Virus record (IMG/VR): IMGVR_UViG_3300032312_001422 | Location: 64,001 to 128,000 of that record | Strand: one strand, 5' to 3' | Length of the DNA stretch: 64,000 nt | Source of the DNA: a virus | Taxonomy: Duplodnaviria; Caudoviricetes | Shown here: in pieces, positions 26,475 to 36,468 of the stretch | Layout of the letters: each line of letters starts with the position of its first letter | Position numbering within the stretch: position 1 is the first letter of the stretch | Notes under the pieces: model-generated | Seen by the model: only the letters and a program-made list of their open reading frames with translations | Told to the model about the DNA's origin: nothing | Database searches by the model: none | Translations under genes and position numbers: made by a program

Positions 26475-26503
26475 TTGACTTTGTGACACAAAGGCCTTAT
26501 ACT
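26475..26503 (+). promoter_or_regulatory. sigma70 promoter
   Basis: TTGACT-17bp-TATACT. Confidence 0.7.
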
Positions 26504-26521
26504 ACAGTATAGGGATTTTTT

Positions 26522-26947
26522 ATGGCAAGAACAAAAAAACAAAATTCGGTACAAATATCAGCTGGGGGATATACTTTAAGTCCCACCTATTCAACCGCGT
26601 TTCCGGGTAGCAGTTACTCTAATATAACTATCACAGGTGGCGGAACTGCCTATAGCACAGGCACAAGCGCCAGTACCTGGGCCACCAATATCACATTGGA
26701 TCCGTATTATACCAAAAAACCCAAAGTTGAAATAACCGACACAGACTTGGTCATTGATGGCCTAAGTCTCAAGGATTTCATGCGTTCCGTGCAGAAAGAG
26801 CTATTGATCCCAGGTCGGCTCAACCGAAACGCCGAACTTGAAACGGAGTTTGCAGAACTCAAGGCAGCAGCCAAACATTATCACAAACTCGAAGAAAAGT
26901 TTTTGGAACAAAAAGCCATGTGGGAAACACTCAAAAAAACTGACTAG
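26522..26947 (+). CDS. hypothetical protein
   Basis: Ser/Thr/Gly-rich N-terminus and coiled-coil C-terminus. Confidence 0.75.
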   Translation: MARTKKQNSVQISAGGYTLSPTYSTAFPGSSYSNITITGGGTAYSTGTSASTWATNITLDPYYTKKPKVEITDTDLVIDGLSLKDFMRSVQKELLIPGRLNRNAELETEFAELKAAAKHYHKLEEKFLEQKAMWETLKKTD

Positions 26948-26973
26948 TAAATTGTTTTAATGTATAATAAGGT

Positions 26974-27147
26974 ATGACTACTGTAACCTTAGATTGTAAA
27001 AACAAAAACGTACATGAAATTATCAGTTGGTGCGACAACCAATTTCCCAAAGCATGGGATTGGCGTAGCCAATTTCCTAGTTATCGTTATGATTTTATTC
27101 TTCCCAACGAACAAGCAGCCATGCACTTTAAACTAAGGTGGCAATGA
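26974..27147 (+). CDS. small F-x-L-K/R-W family protein, member 1 (not in ORF track)
   Basis: MTTVTLDCKNKNVHEIISWC...AAMHFKLRWQ*; promoter CTGACT-17bp-TATAAT at 26940-26968. Confidence 0.75.
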   Translation: MTTVTLDCKNKNVHEIISWCDNQFPKAWDWRSQFPSYRYDFILPNEQAAMHFKLRWQ

Positions 27148-27404
27148 CAATAACCATTAGAGTGCCTTGGTCGGATCCCTACAACAAAGACTTTATGTGG
27201 AACGAGTTGTTGGCATGGACTTGCGAAACCTACGGACTTCCCGGAGATGCAACTTGGCGTTATCATCCCAATGCTGACTGGATGGACTTTCACTTTTATA
27301 CTGACAACGATGCCATGATGTTTCAACTTAAAACCAATGGCCAACGCTGGGATCAACAAGAACAAGCAGTGGATCTAATGGGGGTGTACATCAATGGTAG
27401 TTAA
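27144..27404 (+). CDS. small F-x-L-K family protein, member 2
   Basis: ELLAWTC...FHFYTDNDAMMFQLK; ATG 27144. Confidence 0.75.
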   Translation: MTITIRVPWSDPYNKDFMWNELLAWTCETYGLPGDATWRYHPNADWMDFHFYTDNDAMMFQLKTNGQRWDQQEQAVDLMGVYINGS

Positions 27405-27660
27405 TGTGGTATTTCATACATTCAGAATGGGCGATGTTGAAGATCCTTATTTGTATGCGGCACATCCTATATACGAGTGGCAACAGACTGAACACGGTCG
27501 GTGGGTCATGGATCATACTGTGGGAGAACCTACATTTTGGTGTAATCCCGATCCTGCAAGTTTTGGATATCGTGTGGCCATACAAGGCAAATTAGAAGAA
27601 AAAGATTACACCTTCTTCAAATTAAAATGGGGCAACTGTGCTGAAAATTACCGCCGCTGA
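27394..27660 (+). CDS. small F-x-L-K-W family protein, member 3
   Basis: EEKDYTFFKLKWG. Confidence 0.75.
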   Translation: MVVNVVFHTFRMGDVEDPYLYAAHPIYEWQQTEHGRWVMDHTVGEPTFWCNPDPASFGYRVAIQGKLEEKDYTFFKLKWGNCAENYRR

Positions 27661-27868
27661 ATATGATGAGTTCCTTAAACATTTGGCATGGACCAGACTT
27701 AAATCGCCGGACTACAGGTTTGGCCAAGCGTTCTTAAACTATTTTCCTGACATACGTGACATCATGGAACATAGTGGTGACCATGGTAGCCAAGGTGCAG
27801 CACATTTATTCTACGAAGAATGGGAACCTACAGCACGAGCACGATGCGAATCATGGGTAGAGAAATGA
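27638..27868 (+). CDS. small hypothetical protein
   Basis: YRFGQAFLNYF motif. Confidence 0.7.
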   Translation: MLKITAAEYDEFLKHLAWTRLKSPDYRFGQAFLNYFPDIRDIMEHSGDHGSQGAAHLFYEEWEPTARARCESWVEK

Positions 27869-27896
27869 TCAACTATTATAAAGACATTACATCTCC

Positions 27897-28208
27897 GTGA
27901 CAAAACATGTGACCAAAATCACCGAGCAATTGAACTTAATAGAAGTCAGGAACAATGGCGAAACACTAACGTTCCTTAACGGAACTATACAAATGGATAG
28001 TAAAAACAGATTTATACCTGCCCGTGGACCCTTAGATGGTAATTACTTGTTGATTATCGAAGACTATGCTTGGTGGCATGTTAATCATTATGATGTCACA
28101 GAATGGATGCAAGAAAACTTGCCACGTGGAGAAGATCATTGTGCCGGCATGGTTATACATTTCGATAATGAAGAACAACGTACTTGGTTTACGCTTAAAT
28201 GGTCATGA
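27897..28208 (+). CDS. small F-x-L-K-W family protein, member 4
   Basis: HFDNEEQRTWFTLKWS. Confidence 0.7.
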   Translation: MTKHVTKITEQLNLIEVRNNGETLTFLNGTIQMDSKNRFIPARGPLDGNYLLIIEDYAWWHVNHYDVTEWMQENLPRGEDHCAGMVIHFDNEEQRTWFTLKWS

Positions 28209-28238
28209 TAAATACTTGTTCAACTAAAGAGATCTCAG

Positions 28239-29816
28239 ATGAAAGTTAAAAAAATCATAGTCGTAGGCGGCGGAACCGCGGGCTGGCTCAGTGCTGGTTT
28301 TTTGTCGAATCAACTGCCCGGCATAGAAATCACTGTGATACACAGTAAAGAAGTTCCTATCATTGGTGTAGGCGAAACCACAGTACCACAGTTCCGTAAT
28401 CATTTGGAAAAAATGGGCTTACAAGAAGATGTATGGATGCGTGAGTCGGGTAGTACGTTCAAGTACGGAGTTACTTTTGATGGATGGCGTACAGGCACCG
28501 ATACTCGCTGGCACGGCTTTGGTGATTTTATCACAGAAAAAGGTATTAGTCACAGCGTAGACGAATTTGGCAAGCGTGTTAGTTGTGCCAAAGACGACTC
28601 TGTACTAGTAGCTGACTACTGGATTGAGATGCTCAAGCGTGGCATTGTCACAGAAGCGGATTACTATCAATACGCATCAGACACATATCATCTAGTACAA
28701 AATCGTCGTGCTCACAGAGACCTAGCAGGACACCAGTATTCAAGTCGTGTGCCCGGCTATGCTTACAACATCAACGCATTCAAAGTTGGCCAAACTATTC
28801 GAGACAAGGTGGCCTTTCCCAACGGTGTTCGTGCCCTAGAGCGTCATATCGTACGAGTTGATCGTAACGAACGTGAAGAAGTCACAGGCATTGTGGACGA
28901 TAGCGGGGAAACACATACCGCAGACTTGTACATTGACTGTACCGGTTTTAAACGATTGCTAATTGGGCCCGTGGCCAAATGGGTCAGTTACGAAGATCGA
29001 CTACCTTGTAAAAATGCCATTGGCGGTCGTGTAAACTATCAAGGCAAACAAGAAGAATTCTGCGTACCTAACCTGCATGCCACAGCATTCAAGCACGGTT
29101 GGTCTTGGCGTGTTCCCTTGCGTGACGACATGGGTTCGGGTTATGTTTATGATACACGTTATACTACCACCGAACAGGCAATTGAAGAGCTAGGTGCTTA
29201 CTGGCGTAATCTAGGGATGGAGTGGGATCATAAAGTTACCTTAAAATTTGATAATGGTATTTTAGATCGTTCAGCACACCGCAACGTTATTGCTTGTGGC
29301 TTAAGTTCAAACTTCCTGGAACCCCTAGAAGCAACCAGTATCAGTTTCACTACACTTATCAATGAGCTAGTAGTAGCAGTATTGAAGAAACATGACAATC
29401 AATGGGATGACAAAAATGCCGAAGTTATTAGCAGACTTATGCACCGAGAAGTTAAGATCACTGGAGACTTCCTATGGGCACACTATGCCTTGACAGAACG
29501 TAGCGACACAGAGTTCTGGCGTGAGCAAGCTACCAAACGTGAGGAAGCTGTGGACATGGTACACGGATGGTTTGGTCGACATTTTAGCGATATCTATCGT
29601 AGAGAAAAAGACTTTGACCACACACGTTATAACAAGTACGATTGGGCACAGACTATTACTACCATGCGAGCATTTGCGGATTGTCCTACTAGACCTATTA
29701 ACGAAGCATTATTGCCACGTGCAAAACTATGGTATCAACATCGCGATGAAATGGCACGTGGTGTTTTAGACTTGGTGCCAACACACTGGGAATTGATCAA
29801 ATATATCAATAGATAA
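28239..29816 (+). CDS. flavin-dependent (tryptophan) halogenase-family protein
   Basis: VVGGGTAGW, GVGETT, TFKYG (catalytic Lys position), DCTGF, GWSWRVPL, FLEPLEATSI. Confidence 0.92.
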   Translation: MKVKKIIVVGGGTAGWLSAGFLSNQLPGIEITVIHSKEVPIIGVGETTVPQFRNHLEKMGLQEDVWMRESGSTFKYGVTFDGWRTGTDTRWHGFGDFITEKGISHSVDEFGKRVSCAKDDSVLVADYWIEMLKRGIVTEADYYQYASDTYHLVQNRRAHRDLAGHQYSSRVPGYAYNINAFKVGQTIRDKVAFPNGVRALERHIVRVDRNEREEVTGIVDDSGETHTADLYIDCTGFKRLLIGPVAKWVSYEDRLPCKNAIGGRVNYQGKQEEFCVPNLHATAFKHGWSWRVPLRDDMGSGYVYDTRYTTTEQAIEELGAYWRNLGMEWDHKVTLKFDNGILDRSAHRNVIACGLSSNFLEPLEATSISFTTLINELVVAVLKKHDNQWDDKNAEVISRLMHREVKITGDFLWAHYALTERSDTEFWREQATKREEAVDMVHGWFGRHFSDIYRREKDFDHTRYNKYDWAQTITTMRAFADCPTRPINEALLPRAKLWYQHRDEMARGVLDLVPTHWELIKYINR

Positions 29817-30064
29817 TGCACGTAAACAATTACACCCTTCCTAGGCCGCCAGAACAAGCGTTGAATCAGTGTCATGCAGTTTACATCAATGATCCAGCAT
29901 TTCGTATGTGGGCTATGAAGAAGTACTGTAGAGAAAATAATTTAAGTTTGATGTGGTCGGAGTTGGTCGATACTTCGGATGTCAGTGCTATGTTTGACGA
30001 AGTTGCTGCTTTTTATTTTACAGAAGCACGAGATGCCACCCTGTTTAGTTTAAAGTTTAAATGA
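29816..30064 (+). CDS. small F-x-L-K family protein, member 5
   Basis: FYFTEARDATLFSLKFK. Confidence 0.75.
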   Translation: MHVNNYTLPRPPEQALNQCHAVYINDPAFRMWAMKKYCRENNLSLMWSELVDTSDVSAMFDEVAAFYFTEARDATLFSLKFK

Positions 30065-30288
30065 TAAAAGACACAAGTTGGCCGCCACCAGACTGGACTG
30101 AAGTTGTTATACCCTGGGATGAAATGTTGGTGCCAAGAACATTTAGAAAACCATTGAACATACTGAACTGGGTTGAACAACAGCCCGGCGGAAGATATCA
30201 TTTGCACGGGTGGCAAAGTACCCAAGGATTTGCATTTAGATTTGAACGTCCCGAAGATGCCACTGCTTTTAGTCTAAAATGGCAATAA
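30061..30288 (+). CDS. small F-x-L-K-W family protein, member 6
   Basis: FRFERPEDATAFSLKWQ. Confidence 0.75.
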   Translation: MIKDTSWPPPDWTEVVIPWDEMLVPRTFRKPLNILNWVEQQPGGRYHLHGWQSTQGFAFRFERPEDATAFSLKWQ

Positions 30289-30295
30289 ATATCAA

Positions 30296-30324
30296 TTGAC
30301 CAATAAATCCTTTTAATGTATAAT
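30296..30324 (+). promoter_or_regulatory. sigma70 early promoter of the cassette family
   Basis: TTGACC-aataaatccttttaatg-TATAAT then TAGTGATAAA. Confidence 0.85.
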
Positions 30325-30373
30325 GTAAGTGTAGTGATAAATTTAATCGATAACTCCGGAAAAGGAACTTAAA

Positions 30374-30613
30374 ATGAACTTAAAAATCAAAGCAGTTTTA
30401 CAAATTGTTGCAATGACAGCCATGTCAATAAGCATAGGCCTAGCACTTGCCTTTTACAATCGTTTGGTAGGCGATCAGTACACCCTGTACACCCTTGCTG
30501 GCCTATGTATGGTTGCACTATTTTATTCCATGTATAAACTCTTATTGGATCGTTTGGAATACGAAGAGCAAGTCAAAAATCTCAGCGAAGATTTAAAAAA
30601 ATTCAATAAATGA
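30374..30613 (+). CDS. two-TM membrane protein
   Basis: Two hydrophobic segments; AAGGA RBS. Confidence 0.75.
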   Translation: MNLKIKAVLQIVAMTAMSISIGLALAFYNRLVGDQYTLYTLAGLCMVALFYSMYKLLLDRLEYEEQVKNLSEDLKKFNK

Positions 30614-31287
30614 AAATTTATAAAAGCAATTATCGTAACCACTGGGTTAGCCCATACACAGTCTTAGAGCATGTGTTCTTTTGGACTGCTTGGTCAAAGT
30701 GTGGTCGCAATCGTGGTATTGTTGAAGATGCGGACTATGTGGAACATCCGGCCTGGGTAGAACGTGCTACAGAATATATCAGTCCTATCTGCCGTGCTGT
30801 ACAATTGGTGCTGGACTTTGTTCATCCACCTATCAACTACATACGGATTGATCGTTACGACACCTGGAGTATGGATCATACACTCAGTGACATTATTCTA
30901 CCTATGTTACAACAACTGCAAGAGACCAAACATGGTGCACCTTTTGTGGATGACGAGGATGTGCCTGAGCACTTGCATAGCACAGCAGCCGAACCCAAAG
31001 AAAACGAGTGGGATACTGATTCGAATCACTTCCTACGCTGGGACTGGGTCCTGGCAGAAATGATCTGGGCCTTTGAGCAAAAGGTGGCGGACGATGCCGA
31101 AAGTCAGTTCTTTGATCATTCGGCCTATGACATTGGTAATCGTGCTGGTAGACATGCCTGGATAGATGACATCAACAACTCAGTCAGCAAAACCAAGTAT
31201 GACCAAGAAGGACACAAAAAGTGGCAGGATCGCAAGGCCAATGGATTCCGCTTGTTTGGTAAATATTTTGAAGCACTTTGGGATTAA
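30610..31287 (+). CDS. conserved T4-like hypothetical protein
   Basis: DTWSMDHTLSDIILPML...KHGAPFVDDEDVP...WDWVLAEMIWAF. Confidence 0.8.
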   Translation: MKIYKSNYRNHWVSPYTVLEHVFFWTAWSKCGRNRGIVEDADYVEHPAWVERATEYISPICRAVQLVLDFVHPPINYIRIDRYDTWSMDHTLSDIILPMLQQLQETKHGAPFVDDEDVPEHLHSTAAEPKENEWDTDSNHFLRWDWVLAEMIWAFEQKVADDAESQFFDHSAYDIGNRAGRHAWIDDINNSVSKTKYDQEGHKKWQDRKANGFRLFGKYFEALWD

Positions 31288-31291
31288 AAAC

Positions 31292-31651
31292 ATGTTTGAA
31301 AGTTTGACCATCAGTTTATTTTGGGCCATGGCAACATGGATTATAGCAAACATTATTTTAGGTGTTATGGATGCGTTCCGAGAAGTTGACACTGAACTAA
31401 CAGACAAGATACGCAAAAAATTAGATGAAATTGTGCATCGTGTTGAAGTTGAGCAACAGGGCGATACTTATTACTGGTATGATCAGGACAATCGCACGTT
31501 TCTAGCACAAGGTCGTACTATCGAAGAGCTTGTTGCAGTTATCAAAAAGCGGTTTCCGGACCACATCTTCTATTTTGAAAAATCCAACCATCTCATCTGT
31601 GCAAAACACAACTGGGAACCACAACCTGCCAGGTTGTCCGATAAATCCTAA
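31292..31651 (+). CDS. membrane-anchored hypothetical protein
   Basis: ATG 31292; N-terminal TM; FLAQG motif. Confidence 0.7.
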   Translation: MFESLTISLFWAMATWIIANIILGVMDAFREVDTELTDKIRKKLDEIVHRVEVEQQGDTYYWYDQDNRTFLAQGRTIEELVAVIKKRFPDHIFYFEKSNHLICAKHNWEPQPARLSDKS

Positions 31652-31669
31652 TATAGTATAATACTTTAT

Positions 31670-32065
31670 ATGACAATGCACTTAGAGGGCCCTTGGCTCA
31701 GTACCACTGGTCGTAAACGTGGCCCTAAAAAATGGGCATCAGCTGAGGCCAAACGCAAGTATGAACTACAGCAAGAATCCTGGAACAATCTTCTCAAACG
31801 TCACGGTGCCACAAAAGATACCCCCAAAGTCAAAGCCAAAAATACCACTGGCAATTTAACCGACACATACAAGCTGACCATACCTGCGGGTCGTGAACTA
31901 CCCAAGATCAATAGTGTAGATACCGGCTGGATTGCCTGTACCAAGGGTACAGATAAAGTGTATACTGGTACCAAAGTCAAAGGTATTGGCACCATGCACA
32001 AAAGCAACGCCGTGCCTATCTTTAGCAATGAAGAAGCTGTGGACATCTCCAGGATGCGTAGGTAA
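31670..32065 (+). CDS. conserved T4-like hypothetical protein
   Basis: YTGTKVKGIGTMHKSNAVPIF...DISRMRR. Confidence 0.8.
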   Translation: MTMHLEGPWLSTTGRKRGPKKWASAEAKRKYELQQESWNNLLKRHGATKDTPKVKAKNTTGNLTDTYKLTIPAGRELPKINSVDTGWIACTKGTDKVYTGTKVKGIGTMHKSNAVPIFSNEEAVDISRMRR

Positions 32066-32099
32066 ATAATACTAGCATATAAAGGAGAATCAACACAAC

Positions 32100-32324
32100 G
32101 TGAGTAAAGAAGATATCATCAAGATGTCCGGGGTAGTGGACGAAGTATTGCCCAATGCCATGTTTAGAATTGTATTAGATAACGAACAGCAAACCCGAAT
32201 CACTGCCACAATCGGCGGCAGACTTAGACAAAACAACATCAGAGTATTATTAGGCGATCGTGTAGACGTAGAAATGAGCCCATACGATTTAACTCGAGGA
32301 CGTGTGGTATATCGTGCTAAATAG
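32100..32324 (+). CDS. infA: translation initiation factor IF-1
   Basis: [14 protein letters not shown]...[33 protein letters not shown]; GTG start with AAGGAG. Confidence 0.96.
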   Translation: MSKEDIIKMSGVVDEVLPNAMFRIVLDNEQQTRITATIGGRLRQNNIRVLLGDRVDVEMSPYDLTRGRVVYRAK

Positions 32325-32328
32325 TAGC

Positions 32329-32871
32329 ATGGACTTGAGACAAACCCTAGACTTATTAGAAGCAAAAAGCAAAATTGAACTAGAGCAAATAAAATTGCCC
32401 TATGCTCGTACTGCTTTGGCTCCCGTAAAAAGTTCTGCCACCATAGACAATCACTACGGCAAGTTGTACAAAGGGTATGTTGACCGTTATAATCGAGGCG
32501 AAGGTGATAAGAGTTTTAATGAAGCCGGCGCTTACTTGCACAGCATCTATTTTAGTCAGTTCACAAGTCCCGGTACTCGCAAACCCAGTGGTGTGATACT
32601 GAGTATTATTGAACGCAATCACAAAAACTTTACAGATTTCAAGAAAAAATTCAAAGAAGAAGCCATGAAACTGCAAGGCTCAAATTGGATTTATCTTTCT
32701 AAATCAGGAACCATTAAAACTATACATAATCATCAAAAACGCACAGACATAGCCCTGCTAGTGGATTGGTGGGAACATGCGTGGACCTTGGATTATGGTA
32801 CCAACAAAGAAAAATACCTAGACAACATATGGCGTATCATGGACTGGAACGCCATTAATCGAAGACTATGA
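32329..32871 (+). CDS. Fe/Mn superoxide dismutase
   Basis: LPY...NHYGK, LHSIYF, QGSNW, DWWEHA (four metal ligands present); ATG 32329. Confidence 0.85.
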   Translation: MDLRQTLDLLEAKSKIELEQIKLPYARTALAPVKSSATIDNHYGKLYKGYVDRYNRGEGDKSFNEAGAYLHSIYFSQFTSPGTRKPSGVILSIIERNHKNFTDFKKKFKEEAMKLQGSNWIYLSKSGTIKTIHNHQKRTDIALLVDWWEHAWTLDYGTNKEKYLDNIWRIMDWNAINRRL

Positions 32872-33194
32872 TTACAATAACTGAATCAGCAGTAGCAAAA
32901 TTACAAGACATCCTAGCTGAGGAAAATAACCCCGGTTTAAAACTGCGTGTTTTTGTACAAGGCGGCGGTTGCTCGGGCATGAGCTACGGGTTTACCCTAG
33001 ACGATGCTCAAGCCGAAGATGATTGGGAGTTGGATGTCAATGGTGTACATGTTTTAGTAGATTCAATGAGTGGTGGCTATTTGCAAGGTGCAGAAATAGA
33101 CTACCGAGAAGATCAATACGGCAGTAGTTTTGCCATCAAAAACCCCACAGCAGTTACCACCTGCGGGTGCGGAAGCAGTTTTAGCCCAACTTAA
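32868..33194 (+). CDS. A-type Fe-S cluster carrier (IscA/ErpA/HesB)
   Basis: GGGCSGMSY and TTCGCGSSF. Confidence 0.95.
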   Translation: MITITESAVAKLQDILAEENNPGLKLRVFVQGGGCSGMSYGFTLDDAQAEDDWELDVNGVHVLVDSMSGGYLQGAEIDYREDQYGSSFAIKNPTAVTTCGCGSSFSPT

Positions 33195-33260
33195 CACACA
33201 AACCCCAAAACCCCAGCTCAAGCCAAATCCGATAAATAATGCTATATAAGGATTTAATAT

Positions 33261-36200
33261 ATGGCATTGACCTGGCAACCCACTTCTATTAAAGATATCA
33301 ACGAAGGTACCACCGCTAACGACGGTACCGGCGATAGTATTCGCAACGCATTTTTCAAAGTTGACGAAAACTTCAGCAATATAACCAGTTTTTTCAATGG
33401 AGGTGGCGACTATGCTACCGGTCCAGCATTCAGTACACTTGCAATTACCACTGCTAATATTGCTCAAGGCAATGTAGGTAACATAGTAATAACCAACATC
33501 AATGGTCCATACACCAACGCCGCAGTCAATGGCACCAATGTCTATGGAAATATCAATGTGGCTGGTAATATTGTGCCAACTGCATATGGTACATACAATC
33601 TTGGTAGTCCGGACAGACCGTTTGCAAATCTTTACGTTGTGGCAACTATATCAACCACACAGATTACCACATCCAGTGATGCAGGTCTGTTAATTGTTCA
33701 CGCCAATACCACACCCAGTGATGAAAAAGACGTTGGTATCATTGGCAACGTAAGTAACCACTTCAGCAGTAACATGTATGCTTTCTTTGGTTATCAAGCA
33801 CTGACCAATAATTTTGTTTACAAACTCACCCCCAACAATGCTGCTACTGTGGGTAACTCAGTTGTTTATGATGGTGCATATGGTAATGTACAATTTGGTG
33901 CATTGTATCTAAGTAACACCACTCCGGCAACCAGCAACATTACCGGTGCCTTAATTGTGGCAGGTGGAATTGGCACCAATCAGGACATACATTCAGCTGG
34001 TAATATCTATCAGCGTGGCTATCGTGTTTTGAATACTTCCGATGTCAGTGGCATAGGCTACCCTATTTTTAACGGAACTGGTAGTTTGTTTGCTGGTAAT
34101 ACTATATTTGCAACTACTACTCCTTCTGTGTCAACCAATACCGGCGCTGTAGTAGTATTGGGCGGTGTTGGTGTGGCAGGCAATATCACAGCCGGCGGAT
34201 ATGTTGGTAATTTTCACGGCAATGTGGTAAATGCTGTACAACCATACATAACCACAGTTGGTAGTTTAGGTAACTTGACTGTGCTAGGCACAACAAGTAC
34301 CAGCAGTTTACAAGCCACTTCGGGTTCAATCACTGGATTATTGGCAACCACTGGTATCTTCCAGACTCAAACTACCACATTACTATTGACAGCGGCCACA
34401 ATCAATGCTGGCACAATTGGTAACACTGGTGCCAACATTGTGGGCACAATCGGTACTGCTGCACAACCCAACATTACTACAGTTGGTAACCTTACTAACT
34501 TATCCATTGCCGGTAATTTAAATGTCACCGGATCAACCAGCCTGGTTGGTAATGTCACATTCCCTAATATCACAGTTACAACTACAGCCGTGGTTGGAAA
34601 ATTAAACTCCGCAGGAAACATACATGTCACCGGCGGTAATTTGACAGTCAGTACTGATGCAACCGCAGTGGCTTTTGTTACTTCAGCAGGATTAACCAAC
34701 AGTTTATTAACAGTTAGCAAGTCAGCCAATTCGTTTGTTCAAAGTGCGTTGACTAACCGCAGTTCGGGTACCAGTGCCAGTACTGATTTTATTGCTTATG
34801 CCAACAATGGTACTAATACTCAAGGTTACATTGACCTGGGTATTGCCAGTTCAGGATTCAATGACCCTGCATTTGGTATAACTCGTGCTGGAGATGGCTA
34901 CATTTTTGTAAGTGCTCCGGCAGGTACAGGCGGTAATTTGGTTCTTGCCACATCCGACGGCTCGTATGGTGACATTGTGTTTGCCGCCAATGGATTTGTG
35001 TCGGGCACAGAACAAGGTCGATTTGTGACCAATGATGGCTTGTACTTGACTGGTAACTTGGTTGCTACCACAGGCGTCATTTATCAAGGTGAGGGCGCCA
35101 AAACTCTTGAAATTGACGATTATTTTTCCCCAGGCTATGCGGGCCTGACTAATGCATCTGCTATATTTGTGGGCAACACCAATTCGTTTGTACAGTTGGC
35201 CATGCGTAATCATAGTCCAGGATCTGCTGCCAGTACCGACTTGATTGCTTACAGTAGCAATGGCGACAATGATTCTGGTTGGATAGACATGGGTATCACC
35301 AGCGAAACTTTTGCTGATGCCACATTTGGTGTAACTGGTCCTGCTGATGGATACATTTTTATGAGTGCCCCTGTTGGTACAACAGGGAATGGTAGCATGT
35401 ACCTCAGTACCAGTGGCAATGGTACCAAAAACGACATTGTATTCAGCACAAATGGATTTAGTGCCGGTAATGAGCGTATGCGTATCATTGGTCAAGATCG
35501 ACCGGGAGATCCTGCCGGTGTAGAAATTTACATTGCAACCACGAGTACCAGTACCACAACCGGTGCCCTGCGTGTACAAGGTGGTGTTGGTGTACAAGGT
35601 AACTTGAACGTTGCTGGTAACGTAAACATCATTGGTAATTTAACCTTTGGTGGCGAAGGAACAAGCGTAAGTACATCAACATTAACTGTTGAAAATCCAA
35701 TGATATTCTTGGCCAACGCCAACAATGCCAATACTTTTGATATTGGTACAGTTGGCAGATACAGAAGAGCAGCCAACGTGTTTACAGGACTTGTTCGTCA
35801 GGCCACCACAGGCGGATGGAGATTGTTTGACGGTGTAACCAGTATACCAACAACCACAGTAGATTTTGCACAAGCAAGCAATGGTAATTTGATGGTTGGT
35901 AGTGCTATGGTTGCTAACTCAACTGCAAGTACCAGTACAACCACAGGAGCCCTACAGGTTGTTGGTGGTGTGGGTGTGCAAGGCAACATATATGTTGGCG
36001 GTAACTTTATGCCTGGTGCCAACCTTACCAGCAACATTGGTAGTACCACCACATGGTTTAACACATTCTTTGGTGTAAGTACGCAGGCCAAGTATGCTGA
36101 CTTGGCAGAACGTTACGCCAGCGACGCCCCGTACGAACCTGGCACAGTTGTGATCTTTGGCGGCGATGCTGAAATTACAACAACCAATACATTTGCTGAC

Positions 36201-36467
36201 GTCAGTGTTGCAGGTGCTATTTCTACAGATCCTGCTTATTTGATGAATGCCATGGAAGAAGGTTTACCAGTGGCTCTGCGTGGACGTATTCCTCTCAAAG
36301 TTATTGGCCCTGTAGCCAAAGGAGATCTGTTAGTCACAGCTGGACAAAACCCTGGGTATGCTACCAGCGTGGGTCGAAGCACAGACTATCCATTGGCAGT
36401 ATTTGCCAAGAGTTTAGAAAATAATCAAGAGCCAGGTGTAAAAATAATTACAGCGGTAATTCTCTAA
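33261..36467 (+). CDS. tail fibre/baseplate-type structural protein with C-terminal intramolecular-chaperone-like domain
   Basis: NEGTTANDGTGDSIRNAF N-terminus; G/T/N-rich repeats; ADLAERY...PGTVV...PVALRGR C-terminus. Confidence 0.8.
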   Translation: MALTWQPTSIKDINEGTTANDGTGDSIRNAFFKVDENFSNITSFFNGGGDYATGPAFSTLAITTANIAQGNVGNIVITNINGPYTNAAVNGTNVYGNINVAGNIVPTAYGTYNLGSPDRPFANLYVVATISTTQITTSSDAGLLIVHANTTPSDEKDVGIIGNVSNHFSSNMYAFFGYQALTNNFVYKLTPNNAATVGNSVVYDGAYGNVQFGALYLSNTTPATSNITGALIVAGGIGTNQDIHSAGNIYQRGYRVLNTSDVSGIGYPIFNGTGSLFAGNTIFATTTPSVSTNTGAVVVLGGVGVAGNITAGGYVGNFHGNVVNAVQPYITTVGSLGNLTVLGTTSTSSLQATSGSITGLLATTGIFQTQTTTLLLTAATINAGTIGNTGANIVGTIGTAAQPNITTVGNLTNLSIAGNLNVTGSTSLVGNVTFPNITVTTTAVVGKLNSAGNIHVTGGNLTVSTDATAVAFVTSAGLTNSLLTVSKSANSFVQSALTNRSSGTSASTDFIAYANNGTNTQGYIDLGIASSGFNDPAFGITRAGDGYIFVSAPAGTGGNLVLATSDGSYGDIVFAANGFVSGTEQGRFVTNDGLYLTGNLVATTGVIYQGEGAKTLEIDDYFSPGYAGLTNASAIFVGNTNSFVQLAMRNHSPGSAASTDLIAYSSNGDNDSGWIDMGITSETFADATFGVTGPADGYIFMSAPVGTTGNGSMYLSTSGNGTKNDIVFSTNGFSAGNERMRIIGQDRPGDPAGVEIYIATTSTSTTTGALRVQGGVGVQGNLNVAGNVNIIGNLTFGGEGTSVSTSTLTVENPMIFLANANNANTFDIGTVGRYRRAANVFTGLVRQATTGGWRLFDGVTSIPTTTVDFAQASNGNLMVGSAMVANSTASTSTTTGALQVVGGVGVQGNIYVGGNFMPGANLTSNIGSTTTWFNTFFGVSTQAKYADLAERYASDAPYEPGTVVIFGGDAEITTTNTFADVSVAGAISTDPAYLMNAMEEGLPVALRGRIPLKVIGPVAKGDLLVTAGQNPGYATSVGRSTDYPLAVFAKSLENNQEPGVKIITAVIL

Positions 36468-36468
36468 C

